The notes under the pieces: model-generated | Seen by the model: the letters and a program-made list of their open reading frames with translations, nothing else | What the model was told of the DNA's origin: nothing | Database searches by the model: none | Shown: piece after piece, positions 52,501 to 64,000 of the stretch | How the letters are laid out: each line of letters starts with the position of its first letter | Position numbering within the stretch: position 1 is the stretch's first letter | Position numbers and translations under genes: made by a program | Assembly: GCF_022539665.2 (NCBI RefSeq) | Contig: NC_081331.1 | Coordinates: 12,462,001-12,526,000, forward strand | Direction of reading: 5' to 3' | DNA from: Daphnia carinata | Lineage: Eukaryota | DNA length: 64,000 bases

Positions 52501-55031
52501 GAACCCACTAGAGAATAATATTGACCGAGGACAGAAAAACCTTTTGAGAAACTAACAACAAATCCCAACTGCATTGGAAAAAAGAAGTGGCAAGTGATCA
52601 ATACTAGCTGAAGTATTTATTCTGGTGCTATATACTGAAAACACTATGCAATCTAAGCTGCTCAAGTTTTCGTTTCTGCCTCTACGCGAAAATGTTTCTT
52701 CAGATCAAATAAAAAGTATGCAGCGAAGAAAAAGGATTGTGGTTAGAGCACAGGAGCTATCGATCTCCTCGTGTAGGGTACAGGTTATGCACATCCATAA
52801 CACAGATGTGTAAGGTGGACGCTTATTACTGCATACGATGGTTCTTACGGAGCAACGGATCCGCCTTGAAAACGATGTTTCTAAACAGAAAGCGGAAGGC
52901 CAACTAAAGAAAGGCGGAGGCAGATATGTTCTAGGCGTAGGAGGGAGTATGTCTTATTTATTTTTTTACGTTTTCGAAAACAGACGTACTTGGCTTTGCT
53001 TCCCATAATCATCTTTGCCTAGTTTCTTTGCTAACGACCGTTGCCCTGGGTAACTTAACGTTGAGCCTTCTCGAAAACATCCCATTTTGCTTCTGTTTTT
53101 ATTCTTCTGTGTCGTACGTTTTTAAACTATAGTCTATATATTTATTTTTTTTTTATCATTTTGGCATTCTGGTTTGTCCACGTCCATATGTCCCTGAACG
53201 ATATAAGAGCGCTAGACTATCCAGAAAAAAAAAATAGGTTGAAGATCCGCTGGTTGGGTGAACGATACTATTTCTCAGGTCTTAAAAGAATTTTTAAAAA
53301 TGATACCATTACAACAGAGTACCAACGTAATGAGGACGTTTACTTCCCTATTCGTTAGTTCACAGTGCGTTTTCCTTGTAATACAAAAAAAAAACTCGTC
53401 TGTAATGAAGCGTAACACTATCCTACATTCAGCCTCAGTATGGTTGTCTTCACGATAATGATGATTAAGAAAGATGAGACAAACATCCGGAATGGTATAG
53501 CTCAGCGTTGTGTAATTCCTTGTCCACTCGTTGTCCGTACAATACACTTGCAACTGAAACGTGTCAGCGAGCTCAACAACCATCTATTGGTTGAAAGACT
53601 CCGCTGACCAGCAGGCCGGAAGTCAATAGAGTAACGTACATAGATCCCGGTATACAACTCTAAGGGCATACACATCCGTCATGCTTTCACGGAGGCTCCT
53701 GTGTAACAGATAGTGACCTCCCTGATGAAGTTCTTTATATCCTAATATGACTCACTTCTAAGAGAAAAGAATAAAGTATATTTTTTTAGGCGACAAAGAA
53801 GCGGAAGAAGAAAAAAAGCCAATCAGCTATATGTACAGATTACGAGATAATACGACTTCAGCATCGTATTTGGAAAAGCTGGAGTAGCCACTGGGGTACA
53901 TCGATAAGCAGATGATAGGATAACAAAACAAACAAACAAAAACGGATGTTCTTCTAATCAAAAGAAGACAAGGCGATATCCTATCTTCTTTATTATTTTC
54001 AATCGATCTCGTACATTGTCACATCATTATTCGCCTCGTAACTTGTAATTATTATTGCCCAATCAGACGGACGGTTAAGATTGCAATATCATTACGGTTG
54101 GCATCCACCCGTAACGACTAATCCCCACTTTCCCTTGTTTTAAGAAATGATTTGCTTTGCTGTGTTTAACTATCAATCAAGATTTTTATGATAGCGACTC
54201 GCATACGTCCCTCGTGGTCGACCGAACGTCCTTTATAGCAATAGTCTATACGTTGAGCCTTAGTGCGCGAAGGACTATATGGTTATACGTGCTTAGCACC
54301 AGACACGAGTATATATATTTTGAAGGAACTCATCAATAACACGAGACGGTTCTCGTCTCCTTACCGGTTTTGAGAAGTTTCATGGCCAGGGCGCTGTGGG
54401 CTTTGAGGGCGTCGGCGTGCGCCGGATGGATGAGATCCCTGAGGACGCAATCGGATGTGCCGGAACCAGCCATGCCGGCCCCACTCGAATAAGAGTTGAC
54501 CTTCTTCATCATGAATTTGCCTAGACCACTGTTGTTCTTTCCGCTTCCGCTGGAACTTGATGATGAAACGCTGAAATTGAGGGGCACAGCAGCTGTGGCA
54601 ATTGCGGAGGCGGCAATAACCAGACCACTAGTATCGTCAACCGGAGTGGCCGGCGCGCTGACACTACCTCTTCCGTCGCGAGCGTTGCGAGCTGCCGCCG
54701 GTGGCGCCAGCAAAAGATTCCGGAAATCCAACCGTTGACTCGATCCCTGCGCTTGGCCAGAAGAGCTGGAAAATGAAGAACGAGTGAGATGTTGTTGGGA
54801 TGTCACTGATGAGGGCGCCAGGTAGATAGGGTGGTGCTGTAACGGGTGTTGGTGCTGATTGGGTGTAGGGTGTGATTGCTGTTGCTGATAAGGATCCAGC
54901 CTGGCTAATGTTGGCTCATCCGCTGACGGATAAGCTCGATGAAAATCAAACAATAGTAAATGATCCTCCGATGTTTCACCTGACGATCCTGACCCCGATC
55001 GATGGACACTAGACTTGCTATTGGTGAACAT
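37468..55031 (-). CDS. Stacl: STAC-like adaptor (F-BAR-like helical N-terminal region, C1/CRD, tandem SH3). Spliced CDS complement(join(37468..37569,37643..37856,37954..38036,38158..38291,39575..39832,41135..41755,42451..42680,43283..43578,44261..44372,46740..46900,47001..47246,47938..48018,48085..48249,50061..50283,52209..52317,54365..55031)), ~1233 aa
   Basis: C1 domain HVFQENTYKKITPCDVCSQVLRGHSRQGWKCRLCKINVHADCKTGVGRC; SH3 YVVLFNFKGREADELDLKAGYKVTVID...DWWRG...GFFPSKYV followed by a second degenerate SH3 (...CPTQYLQEV*), the STAC architecture. All 15 introns are GT-AG with consistent phases. Confidence 0.9.
37643..37856 (-). CDS. Stacl: STAC-like exon 15 (SH3-1 core, start of SH3-2)
   Basis: AGYKVTVIDASDPDWWRGKCLGKIGFFPSKYV...LLRDQ; atag acceptor, GTAGGT donor. 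Confidence 0.94.
37954..38036 (-). CDS. Stacl: STAC-like exon 14 (start of SH3-1)
   Basis: KAQRLLPTNLYVVLFNFKGREADELDL; acag acceptor, GTAATT donor. Confidence 0.93.
38158..38291 (-). CDS. Stacl: STAC-like exon 13
   Basis: SPSSPVHHSRRLLLSARNIRMNSVELPDENEKSQSSASASPCPSP; gcag acceptor, GTACGC donor. Confidence 0.88.
39575..39832 (-). CDS. Stacl: STAC-like exon 12
   Basis: APHSPRRHQKLNLRMKSFSLDES...; acag acceptor, GTAATT donor. Confidence 0.88.
41135..41755 (-). CDS. Stacl: STAC-like exon 11 (second half of C1 domain and linker)
   Basis: GHSRQGWKCRLCKINVHADC...LLRRQKSSSELE...EIDQTYIVLKQA; aaag acceptor, GTAAAT donor. Confidence 0.92.
42451..42680 (-). CDS. Stacl: STAC-like exon 10 (first half of C1 domain)
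   Basis: ...HVFQENTYKKITPCDVCSQVLR; acag acceptor, GTATGG donor. Confidence 0.92.
43283..43578 (-). CDS. Stacl: STAC-like exon 9
   Basis: RDLYGTK...MKTKWMKAFRTL...; acag acceptor, GTAATT donor. Confidence 0.85.
44261..44372 (-). CDS. Stacl: STAC-like exon 8 (coiled coil)
   Basis: SLESNSYNKANELQEEICAKKLEWRMAQLHLAAVKAQ; atag acceptor, GTAAAA donor. Confidence 0.88.
46740..46900 (-). CDS. Stacl: STAC-like exon 7 (coiled coil)
   Basis: DASLVLKDELVFDRL...LESLTRLQQ; gcag acceptor, GTATGA donor. Confidence 0.88.
47001..47246 (-). CDS. Stacl: STAC-like exon 6
   Basis: AEGTSSKRY...VNPHADLATFVRS...FTFIPP...HDIQ; ttcag acceptor, GTATCT donor. Confidence 0.88.
47938..48018 (-). CDS. Stacl: STAC-like exon 5
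   Basis: ELECVYVDLSKTMTNTIQQGCEAMSER; acag acceptor, GTAAGT donor. Confidence 0.88.
48085..48249 (-). CDS. Stacl: STAC-like exon 4 (F-BAR-like)
   Basis: SYQLYDEAYQQH...HNNYVQDVHAAN...VILPQLIQ, resembling the F-BAR 'N.Y...AN...LP.LL' segment. Confidence 0.9.
50061..50283 (-). CDS. Stacl: STAC-like exon 3 (F-BAR-like)
   Basis: PNGNYGLFQVWETLLQEVE...QVSRPMIDGTFHRK...QQLDK; acag acceptor, GTTCGT donor. Confidence 0.9.
52209..52317 (-). CDS. Stacl: STAC-like exon 2 (F-BAR-like helix)
   Basis: VSDFTQQLATIEEQHGEQLQQLVETFRIRNAELRKE; cag acceptor, GTAAGA donor. Not shown in the ORF track. Confidence 0.88.
54365..55031 (-). CDS. Stacl: STAC-like exon 1 (disordered N-terminus, start of helical domain)
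   Basis: MFTNSKSS...LRDLIHPAHADALKAHSALAMKLLKT; G|GTAAGG donor (phase 1) matches the next exon. Confidence 0.82.
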
Positions 55032-55222
55032 GGTATTCGACCGACGACAGTTTAAACTTGTTCTCCTCCATATCCCTTTTTTGTAAGTCACTCAGTTGAA
55101 CAGTCTTTGTCGTACGTGAACGCGATCAACAACGGAGGGCAAGTTATTTATGTTTTCCGAGAAAAAGAAACAAACTATTTGAATGTGGTGGAGGTATGTG
55201 ATGCGCTCCGAGTGCGGTGACT

Positions 55223-55228
55223 GACTGA
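55223..55228 (-). promoter_or_regulatory. Candidate initiator (TCAGTC) for the STAC-like gene
   Basis: Inr match ~195 nt upstream of ATG 55031, downstream of a C-run/CT-rich tract; motif match only. Confidence 0.35.
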
Positions 55229-58200
55229 ACTGGCAGCGCACGACACCAGCCCATGTTGTAGGATGTTTTCCAGTGCTACGTCGAAGAGAGATATGGAGGG
55301 GGGGGGGGAGGGAGTGTCGAGTCAACCGTGTATGCTGCTAGCCGTTCTTGCACTGCTGTCGCTTTCCCGTTTCGTTGTCGTAACGCCAGCCACTTCATTT
55401 TTTTGGTGTCTCCGAGTCTTAATGTCATTCTCCACTGCGCTGCTGGGCCAGTTTCCATTCTTCTCGTTTTGTCAACACAAAAAAGGTCCTATAAATTATC
55501 GAAGCGATTTTCGACTTTGAAAAGCGAAACGCGGAATGCAAATCATTCGAAGCATGCCCCTCCATCCCCGCCCATTTGTAGTCGTCAACGTATGATTTGG
55601 CGGTGAATCGAACAGAATTTTATAGTTCAAAGTCATCTTCGATATTAAAAACCATTTCAATGATTCAGGTCCTATTCAAAGACAGAGCTATGCAATAGGA
55701 AGTAAAAAGAAAAGAGAGGGAGCCATAAAATCGAGAATATTTTTAATCGATTACCTGAAACGATATTAGCATATAGAATAGACTAGCTATGGGCTTTTGC
55801 CATTCTGCATACATTTTTTTTTCTTTGACATCTTATAATAGCTGATTGCTTATGCGATTTCAATCAAATTGTAATTCTCCGAGGATTTCAATTTATCGAG
55901 GTTTTTGAATTGTCTTTCCAAGATGATGTGTTCCGTTAATTTTTACCACCGTCACAGCAGAGTTTGATATTATCGCTTCCATAGAAATAAAAGAGCGAGT
56001 TGGTAACAAAGGTATTGATTTAATGACGGCGGAGACTCGCAGCTCGACTGGCCACCCATACACGATTCTTCAGGCCGACATCCATGACCATCGTGTTGCT
56101 TCAACGTCGGACTACGGGCATACAACGCTTTTACCCCTACAGATGCGCAGCCTACAGGCTTTTTATTTCGGTTTCCGTTCCATATCACACCGCCTGATAT
56201 GAATAATTTCTTTATTTTTATTTCGCCTGTACGCGCATGATATTTTATAACCGGTTATAGCTTTTTTTTTATTTTCTCGTTTCTATGTTACGTCGTTCCA
56301 ACAAAAAGTAAATCTCAACGGTTCGCTACATTCCATTCGCACTGATTTCTAGTCGGCGTACCAAAAAAGAATTTTTTTTATTATAGAACAGACAATGTCA
56401 CCCCTTGGTGTGAATATATAACCGACCAAAAAGTAGGGGGAAGAAAATCGATGATTCTATAGCATACGCTTCACGAAACTCTATGTTGTGTAGAGCTTGC
56501 TGCTCATCGGTATAAAGGAAAAGAAATGTTCAAGCGCTTTGCTTCTCCTCCACTTAAGTTTGACCACAGTTTCGATGGCTATCCGGAAATCCCCTTTGTT
56601 GTAAAGACGATGTCGAGTCGGCAAGACATGCGTATAATTTCCTGGTCACGCTTGACAATGAATTGTCTGTGTCACTGATGACAGACTGGTGTGACATATG
56701 AATTCTTTTAGGGATAAAGTTTGAGGTCATCATCGAAAAATTAGTTTTGGATATTTTCTAATTCACCGTTGAGTATACAAGAATAACACGAGAGAACACA
56801 ATGTGACATTTATAGGAAAAAAGTAGGAATTGGGCATCGGATATTGTGGAGAACAAAGTTTGAGGGCAGTACTACATCACCTTTGGAAATATCGACCATT
56901 AAACGAGCAACGTGGGTAAACAGTTTGTTTTGCGGGAGAGTGGACAAGAAGACCAAAGTTTTGCTGATCGTTAGGGTTGTACAGTAGACCATTTGCTGCC
57001 TGATTTCGTGTGTCCGATACGTAACAAGAACTTGGTTCAACTTGGTTGTTTCTCTTTTATCGTGCAGTATACAAAAGAAGGCGCTATACACTGCCATGTT
57101 TGGGTTATTTCTAAATAGCGGCCTAGTCTTGGAATAGCAAGTGCTTCCACTTTCAAAGAGGTATATTGTGACTCGCACACAACTCTTTGCCAGTTGCACG
57201 TGATCAACAAGCAAACGAGAACTCCGTTCCGTCAGTAAACAAGATTTAATGTTTGAGAAAGAAAATAACACAAGGACATCAACTGCCACTAGTGAACACG
57301 TACACAAGTATAATAAAAGAATTTCAACAAATTACGGGAAAGGACTGACACATGTGACGCACTTAGCCACTGGCAAACGTTCAGCACCAGTCAATCGATA
57401 TACAGTTGGTTACGAAATAGCAAAGGATAACTGGACAACGTGGTTCCCACACAATAGTGGACATCTACAGACGCATAGAAAAAAGTTTGAGCAAGTATGT
57501 TAATAGCCGTGATGTATTTACCATTATGCAGATGGAAACATTCCGACAAATCCGACCATCACACGATACGCAGTGCACGAATCAAGTGAGTCAAGCGCAA
57601 GTCTATTTTGAACCTGTTGATCTAGACGTGAAGCACGTACACAACATGCACCCTAAAATTTCACTTACGCTTAAAAAGATTCACATACCAACTCACCCTT
57701 CACTTACCATGTTTCACTTTGGCAAGATGTTTGTGTTCGCATTGTGGTATTGGGCACGAATAGAGATACATACAAAATGCGTTGCGCTGAGGTTCAACAA
57801 AGAGCCGTTCGCCAAGAATGTGGGCAGAACTGACCAACTGGGCAAGTGTCGACAGATTTTGGCTGCTTTGTATACGTTGAGAAATAACAGGCGAACTACA
57901 ATCTCGTGGGTCGATGAATTCATCTGTCAACTACCGCCGAGTTGTCTATGTCTACTTGATGGCTTTGCATGTCGTTATTTGTGTCAATGAACCGCTTGAC
58001 TGAACTTGTAGATTATAGAACAAGTTCCGCGGCTGACGAGTTTGCTTGCCCTATTGGAGAGTAGGAGGTCGACACGCGAGCATAACAATTCGTCGATCAC
58101 AGCCATTAGTTCACTGGGCCTTGTTATAGCCTCGTCTATATGTACGCTTCGGGAGAAGGCAATCACAAAGACGAAAGGCAGTTGCTTGTAAGTCGACTAA

Positions 58201-59048
58201 AAACGCGCGTGACTGGCGCCACTAGAATCGAATTGCCTGCGCCCTGCTTCATCTTCTTTTCCTCGTTTTCTATTGATCTGTCTTTTGATTTTCTCGCGTA
58301 GTAGCAACGGAGACGCGGGCTGTACTCGTTCAACGGCCGTGATTTAAAAAAAAGTTACAGAAAAAATTTATCTACACAACGTAATTAATTTCATAGATTC
58401 GCAAAGGCTGTTTTACATGGATATAGGGCCATGGATAAATGTATAAGCTTTGACACATTTCAGCGTCTCTGTGCGATTAATAGTTCTCAGTTTCCATAAA
58501 AGTGCGTGCACAATATAGAGCCCTATTCTTCACTCATCTGTTCCATGTAGAGTATATAGGCCTATGTCTAACAATAGGTTAGTCAACTATTAGATATCAT
58601 CTAGCGCACAGTGAACGCTATTGAGAACCGTAAGAAAAAAGCCTAGGAAAGACGCTCCGAATACCAATTATACGTCCTGAATACTTGCATAGGGGTGACG
58701 GGGCAGACAACTCCTGGGGAGTAATAAACACAGGACGAGCCTATATAGACGTCCCTCCAAATGATAAATATAATGAGCCTATCAATCGCACCTCGCTATA
58801 TGTGTACTGGGCTCAATTTCCACCAAGAAAATACGTATTTATTGCAGCACATTGTAACAAAGTCAACATCTCTTTGCTCCGTAAGAACGAACCAGCTTCA
58901 GGCACGCTTCACACCCAAGAATATGCTGTAGGCTAATTATTTATGCTAGCTAATTAATGTTGGCGTATATACAATAGATGAGTTGGTGACGTGCGTCTCC
59001 GGTAGTTGATGCGTACACTATATATAGTTGGGTGCTTCTCATCAGACC

Positions 59049-59068
59049 TATATATATATATATATATA
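59049..59068. repeat. (TA)10 microsatellite
   Basis: Read directly from sequence. Confidence 0.9.
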
Positions 59069-62000
59069 TTGCAGTGCTGGGTGCTTTGTTATTGCATGCT
59101 GTTATATTCTATACGTATGTTTACACAAGTATTACGAGTGAAGAAAATGGCCACACAGGCTGTCTGCAGCAGCATTTATCGATTCCGTCATCTTGACTTG
59201 TATTTACCCAGAGAGCGTGGAACAATCACGGAGGTAGCGATGAAACTTGGCTAGTCGCCGATTCCACTAAATGTCACAGTAAATGCCCGACATATTTCTC
59301 CTCGCGGATGTTTGTTATTCATCAATTGTGCCATAAACAACCGTAAAGCTTTATATTGCACTAGGAAAAAGAGCTGGGAGAAACGAAAAAAAACCTCTTC
59401 AAACTGACAGCGGCTGAAACGCTCTAGTCATCTCCGGCCAGTAATAAATCGACGAGGAAATATATTGGACTAGATATAGGCCTCACTACAGAAGATCTTT
59501 ACTTATATAGCTCTGCTCTGCTGCCCCGCAAAATCTGCACGCTTTTTTTTCTTTAATAATAGCTTCTGGTGGCACCCGGCCAGCTATGCATTCAGTCCAT
59601 GCCCGCTATAATCGTATAAAATGTATTTTACAATACATAGAGTTCACTTCCTCCTATATATAGCTTAGTTTCTTCTTTTCCCTTCCCAACTGTCACACAT
59701 TCGTGTTTTTATTGTTTTGTTTTCTCTCTCTTTAAACAATGGGGAGCTACGGAGACGACGACGCTGAGCCAAACACGAAGGCGAATGAGAAGGCAGATTG
59801 AGATGGATGGATAGAATGAAGCGTTACTCTATGTAGGCTTACAATATCTATAGCAACAACCTAAAAATAGAATGAATATACTAAGCCTGTACACAGCTAG
59901 GTGACAAAATATTTGTTTTTGTTTTTTTTTTCTGCCCACCACATCATCCAGCACCAATAAAGAGTCAGTATGTAGGCATGCTCCTATATGATTACGTAAG
60001 GCGCCATATTTTACTTGGCCTCTTAGAATAAGCGATTCTATTCAGTCAATGACCCACAGGCCAACAGACTATTTTAAGGTCGTGTATCTACATTCACGCT
60101 TCTACGCCATACGTCCGCTGCCTATGTCCGTTAGCTTTCCTTTCAAAATTTCGTAGCGATTCGTGACACATTGGAAAGGTGAGCTGGTAAACGAAGACTA
60201 TATACACTGAAACGCTGTTGGATCGTCTTCTCTTCTTCCAAAGTGTTTTATGTACACATCGTGACCTGCGAATTCGGTTAGCGTATACATTACATACACC
60301 CAGCGACTCCCCATTTGTCTCGACCGCGATTCGAACAGATCAATACTACTCGTCAAAGTCGCTTTTTATGTTTACACACAGAAATCTTGACAGTTTCCTT
60401 CTTTTTACGGTTCCATTATATTCATTTGTGGCTACCTCTGGTCTAGACGTGATCCTACGTGCAGAACGGGAGAAATTTCTTAGCCAAAGGTTTCGTCACG
60501 ATATTTTTACACAGTGCGATACACAAGCCTCAGTGAGTTATCTACGTTCGTTCAAAGAAGGCACGATAGAGTCCCATAAAAAGAAAATGATGGCATGGCA
60601 CGAATACATTTCAAAGAGATTGTAACAGAGAAGGTGGAGATATATGTTGTTAGTTTACAAGATGAATCGAGAGTGTTTCAACCTAGCTCGCAGCAACATG
60701 TATAAAAAATATATGTATAAATAGTCGTATGCATGTCTCGTACAGGCAACATTGCAGTAAAACGTAATCCACTCAAAATTATTATCCTGTAGAAAGATAG
60801 GATGGTATAAGAAAATTTCTCATGTATAATGTTCTTAAAGGGACATTAATCAGCCCCATCAACTGTCGATGCTTTATGGGAAGGGGGAGAAGTCAGGCTC
60901 GATGAAAGACGTCGACCTTTGCTATATAATCGTAAAACGTCATGGATATTTGGCATTGCACAGTAGATGCTAGTCATCCTACACTTTGCCTTGGCAACCC
61001 TATCAGCTTTTGCTTCCCAAAAGTATAACAAACCGAGAAGGGCCATAAGAGGGTAAAAGCCTAATGTAGAATTTATGCTACACAAAAAAAAAAAAGAAAA
61101 CCTAAAATAATAAAAGCTCTAGCGGAAAGAAGTCGCACAAAGGGTAAGGCATGACAAATATTTCATTCTTCGCATAACCTATGCCGTCATTCTATTTTCT
61201 TTTATATTTGCAAAACGATCGATCAAACGATAAACTAAACCATTTATGGGAGCTATTCCCCTTTGAATCGATATTGTCTGAGGTGACGCCTTGTATGGTT
61301 GAAAAATAATCGTAGTTGAAAATTTTAACATTATAACTCCGGCTATTTATAGTAGCCACGAACATCTAACACCAAAATTCCCACGGAGCGAAAGATCAGA
61401 CTTTTGACGATGAGCAGGGATAGGGTTCTTCTACGAATTTCATGGAAAATCAGAGATCCGCGTTTCTTTGGATTTATTAACATCTTCTAAAAATATGGTA
61501 GCTTGTTCTTCTGACTAAAATCGAGTATACACCTCATAATTATTTCCACATGCGCATTTGTGTTGCAACAGAGTTGATGAATGATTTCACTGGATTGCGC
61601 AGTTAAAGGCAACTTTAAACCAAAAACAATCGTGAGAAGTGCTTGGCAACCATGAGCAGAAAGACCACGGACGTTCAACTTTTTTCAAATTTTAAGAAAA
61701 AGACAAATTCGGGGAATTACGCGCTGAGACAAGGACTTCTTCTTTGTGGCGAAAAGAATATCATGAGGAGACGCCAAACATTGATTATCGTATTTTCTCT
61801 TTCATTCGATTTCCATGTTAGCATTGCTTTCGAGGCTGCGATGTTTTGATTGTTTTCCAGCCAATGCGTCGATTGAAAAAGAATATTAAATAAATTATAA
61901 GCTTTTAAATGTTCGTTGCAGGCTATCGACATGTCCGTCGCACTTATTGTTGCACTCTTGGCGTTATCGCTGCATCTTTCTCGAAGCGAAGAAAGAGCAC

Positions 62001-64000
62001 GTAGGATGTATTTCAGATTCCCCAACGATGAGTTGGTCTGCAAAGCAGTGTCATGCAGCGCACGGATTATATAAAAGAAAACATGTATACAGTAGGTATA
62101 TTTATGATTGTTGGGATGTTGACCACCAATGCTCACCTCGATTCAATTATTTTGCACATTGTCTGATGAAGAAGATGCGCTCGTTCAAAGAATTAAAGAA
62201 CACTTAATCCACTTGATCTACAAGAGATATAGGAAATTTTTACCAAGAAAAGAAAGAAGCTATAGAGTATTCTATAAGATGTTCATCTCGCTAAGTATAA
62301 TAGAACCTGAGAAAGCGAGTGAACCTAATGTCCGGTTTCATCAGATATTCCCATAATTTAGTTAGGATATGGTTTATGCAAGACACGTTGGTTTGAAAGC
62401 TCTCGAGAGGTAAGTAATTACATTTTATTTGAATTACTAAACTGTTTAGACAGAAAATAGTTAACCGAGAGGAGCGCGTTGCAACGGTGCGCAAAAAAAA
62501 ATCAACTTTGAATTCAATTTCTATAGATCTATAAACCTAGGGCTAATCCTAGCGAAACGGCCTTTTGTGTAGATCTAAGTCTGTCGTTCTAGGTGTCTGA
62601 TGAGCTTTGAAGTTATTGAACCGTACCAGCATGCTAGAGGAGCTTCAACATCAACACCCATTCCCTCGACTAAAATTAATTGGATGCCATACACATACAT
62701 AGCAGGCAAGGGAATATCTGATTCAAAGAGAGCGTGTTGATGCTAAAGAAATGTATGAGACCATTCAAGACCATTTAACATTGGGTTTACAGATGTGCAG
62801 AAAAGAAAATTTAGGTCATTCAGTTAAAGTTTTTTGTGGGATCCGTTTCATGTGTGAATAACACTTTGGACGTTTGCCACGAGAATAGGCTAAATCGTAC
62901 TTGGAGATATATAGCGGCCCCCATGGCCTATATACTCGTCAAATTGGGATGAAGGTGCTTTTGGGCAATAATGTTCGCAGTCCATCCGTTCTCTTTACAG
63001 TTGGTAATTTTTTTCCCTATAGACAAGTGTGCCAGGCCATTCACTTAGTCATGCAAGTTTCGCATTCCGTTTCATGGGAAGACAAACGGTGACTGGCGAC
63101 CAAATAAAAATGGAAATAGTTTAGATTGTCGTAAAATCAAACATTCTGTGAGCATCTCAACATACTCGGCAACGATGAGCTTGTCCGCGTTTTCAAGAAA
63201 TGCAAGAAAACCTACAATATAGACAGTTAGTTCCACAAATCTTTAAACGTCTTCCTGTCTTTTGTGCTTTAAAACACAGAAATTTTACCACGTAGAACAT
63301 TCGGGTGCCATGAGATTCCACGTTGCTAGCTTTCAAAAAAGAAAAAGAAGCAGTTACTTGTAGTAGGTATAAGCTTTTCATACTATCGGTATCGCTATGA
63401 GCCTGGCCCGATATCAACATTGAGTATAAACACTTGTTATTGCCCACCTTAAAAATTGACGCCACTTATTGAATCGGCCGCTTTTTTTTACGCATTCAAA
63501 TTTTTTGCAGTCTATACGATGGCAAAACCACAGGCATTGAGAAATGTTGCATTCTCAATTGAAATAGATTGCAATAACGAGTGATATATTCAGTACGTGT
63601 CTTTAAGCACAAAACGAAAAATATGCAAATCATACGACAAGCAACGGATTTCATGAAAGACGTTAAACTCTAGCACCAATAAAGAAATAGCAGAGGACAA
63701 AGATTTGTTTTTCTCAACTTCTAGCCATTGTTTTGACTTTTTTATATAGTCTGATCGTGCTGCTACCACGTATCGATTGTTGCCTTGTGGACTTACATCG
63801 GGCGTCAAAGACGGAGTTACCTTTCTCTTTGTGGCTCTAGTTTTCTCGCTAGAAACATATTATAGACAAGGAAATGCATTTGGTCGTAGACTTCCATTTT
63901 CTAGCTACCCATTCTGCACTGTATAATGTAAGGGCGACAGTGTTTCTTTTTTTCTACTGAAAGGCGAAATTGAAGTTTGTCACGCTCTTTCTTGTCTTGC

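Noticed and set aside
56810..57990. 165-aa and 177-aa ORFs upstream of the STAC-like gene
   Set aside because: Non-ATG starts, no homology-like motifs, no transposase or reverse-transcriptase signatures.

Overview
Eukaryotic, intron-rich animal genomic DNA; the short introns, TCAGT initiators, AT-rich homopolymer introns and poly-Q/S proteins are most consistent with an arthropod such as a Daphnia-like crustacean (inference). Two convergent multi-exon genes were reconstructed by hand, with GT-AG introns and consistent phases at every junction. (1) On the + strand (3827-30809, 10 coding exons, ~1517 aa) is a class-2 DYRK kinase of the DYRK4/Drosophila Dyrk2 (smi35A) type. It has a very large disordered first exon and several candidate alternative 5' exons. 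(2) On the - strand (55031-37468, 16 coding exons, ~1233 aa) is a STAC-like adaptor (C1 + tandem SH3) with an N-terminal F-BAR-like helical region. Between their 3' ends (~33.7-35.5 kb) is a chain of small exons and 40-87 nt GT-AG introns. It may be an unannotated fast-evolving gene, pseudogene or spliced lncRNA, and is the most novel-looking signal in the window. I could not support any rRNA, tRNA, CRISPR array or intact transposon, and I see no clear evidence of a wholly new biological system.
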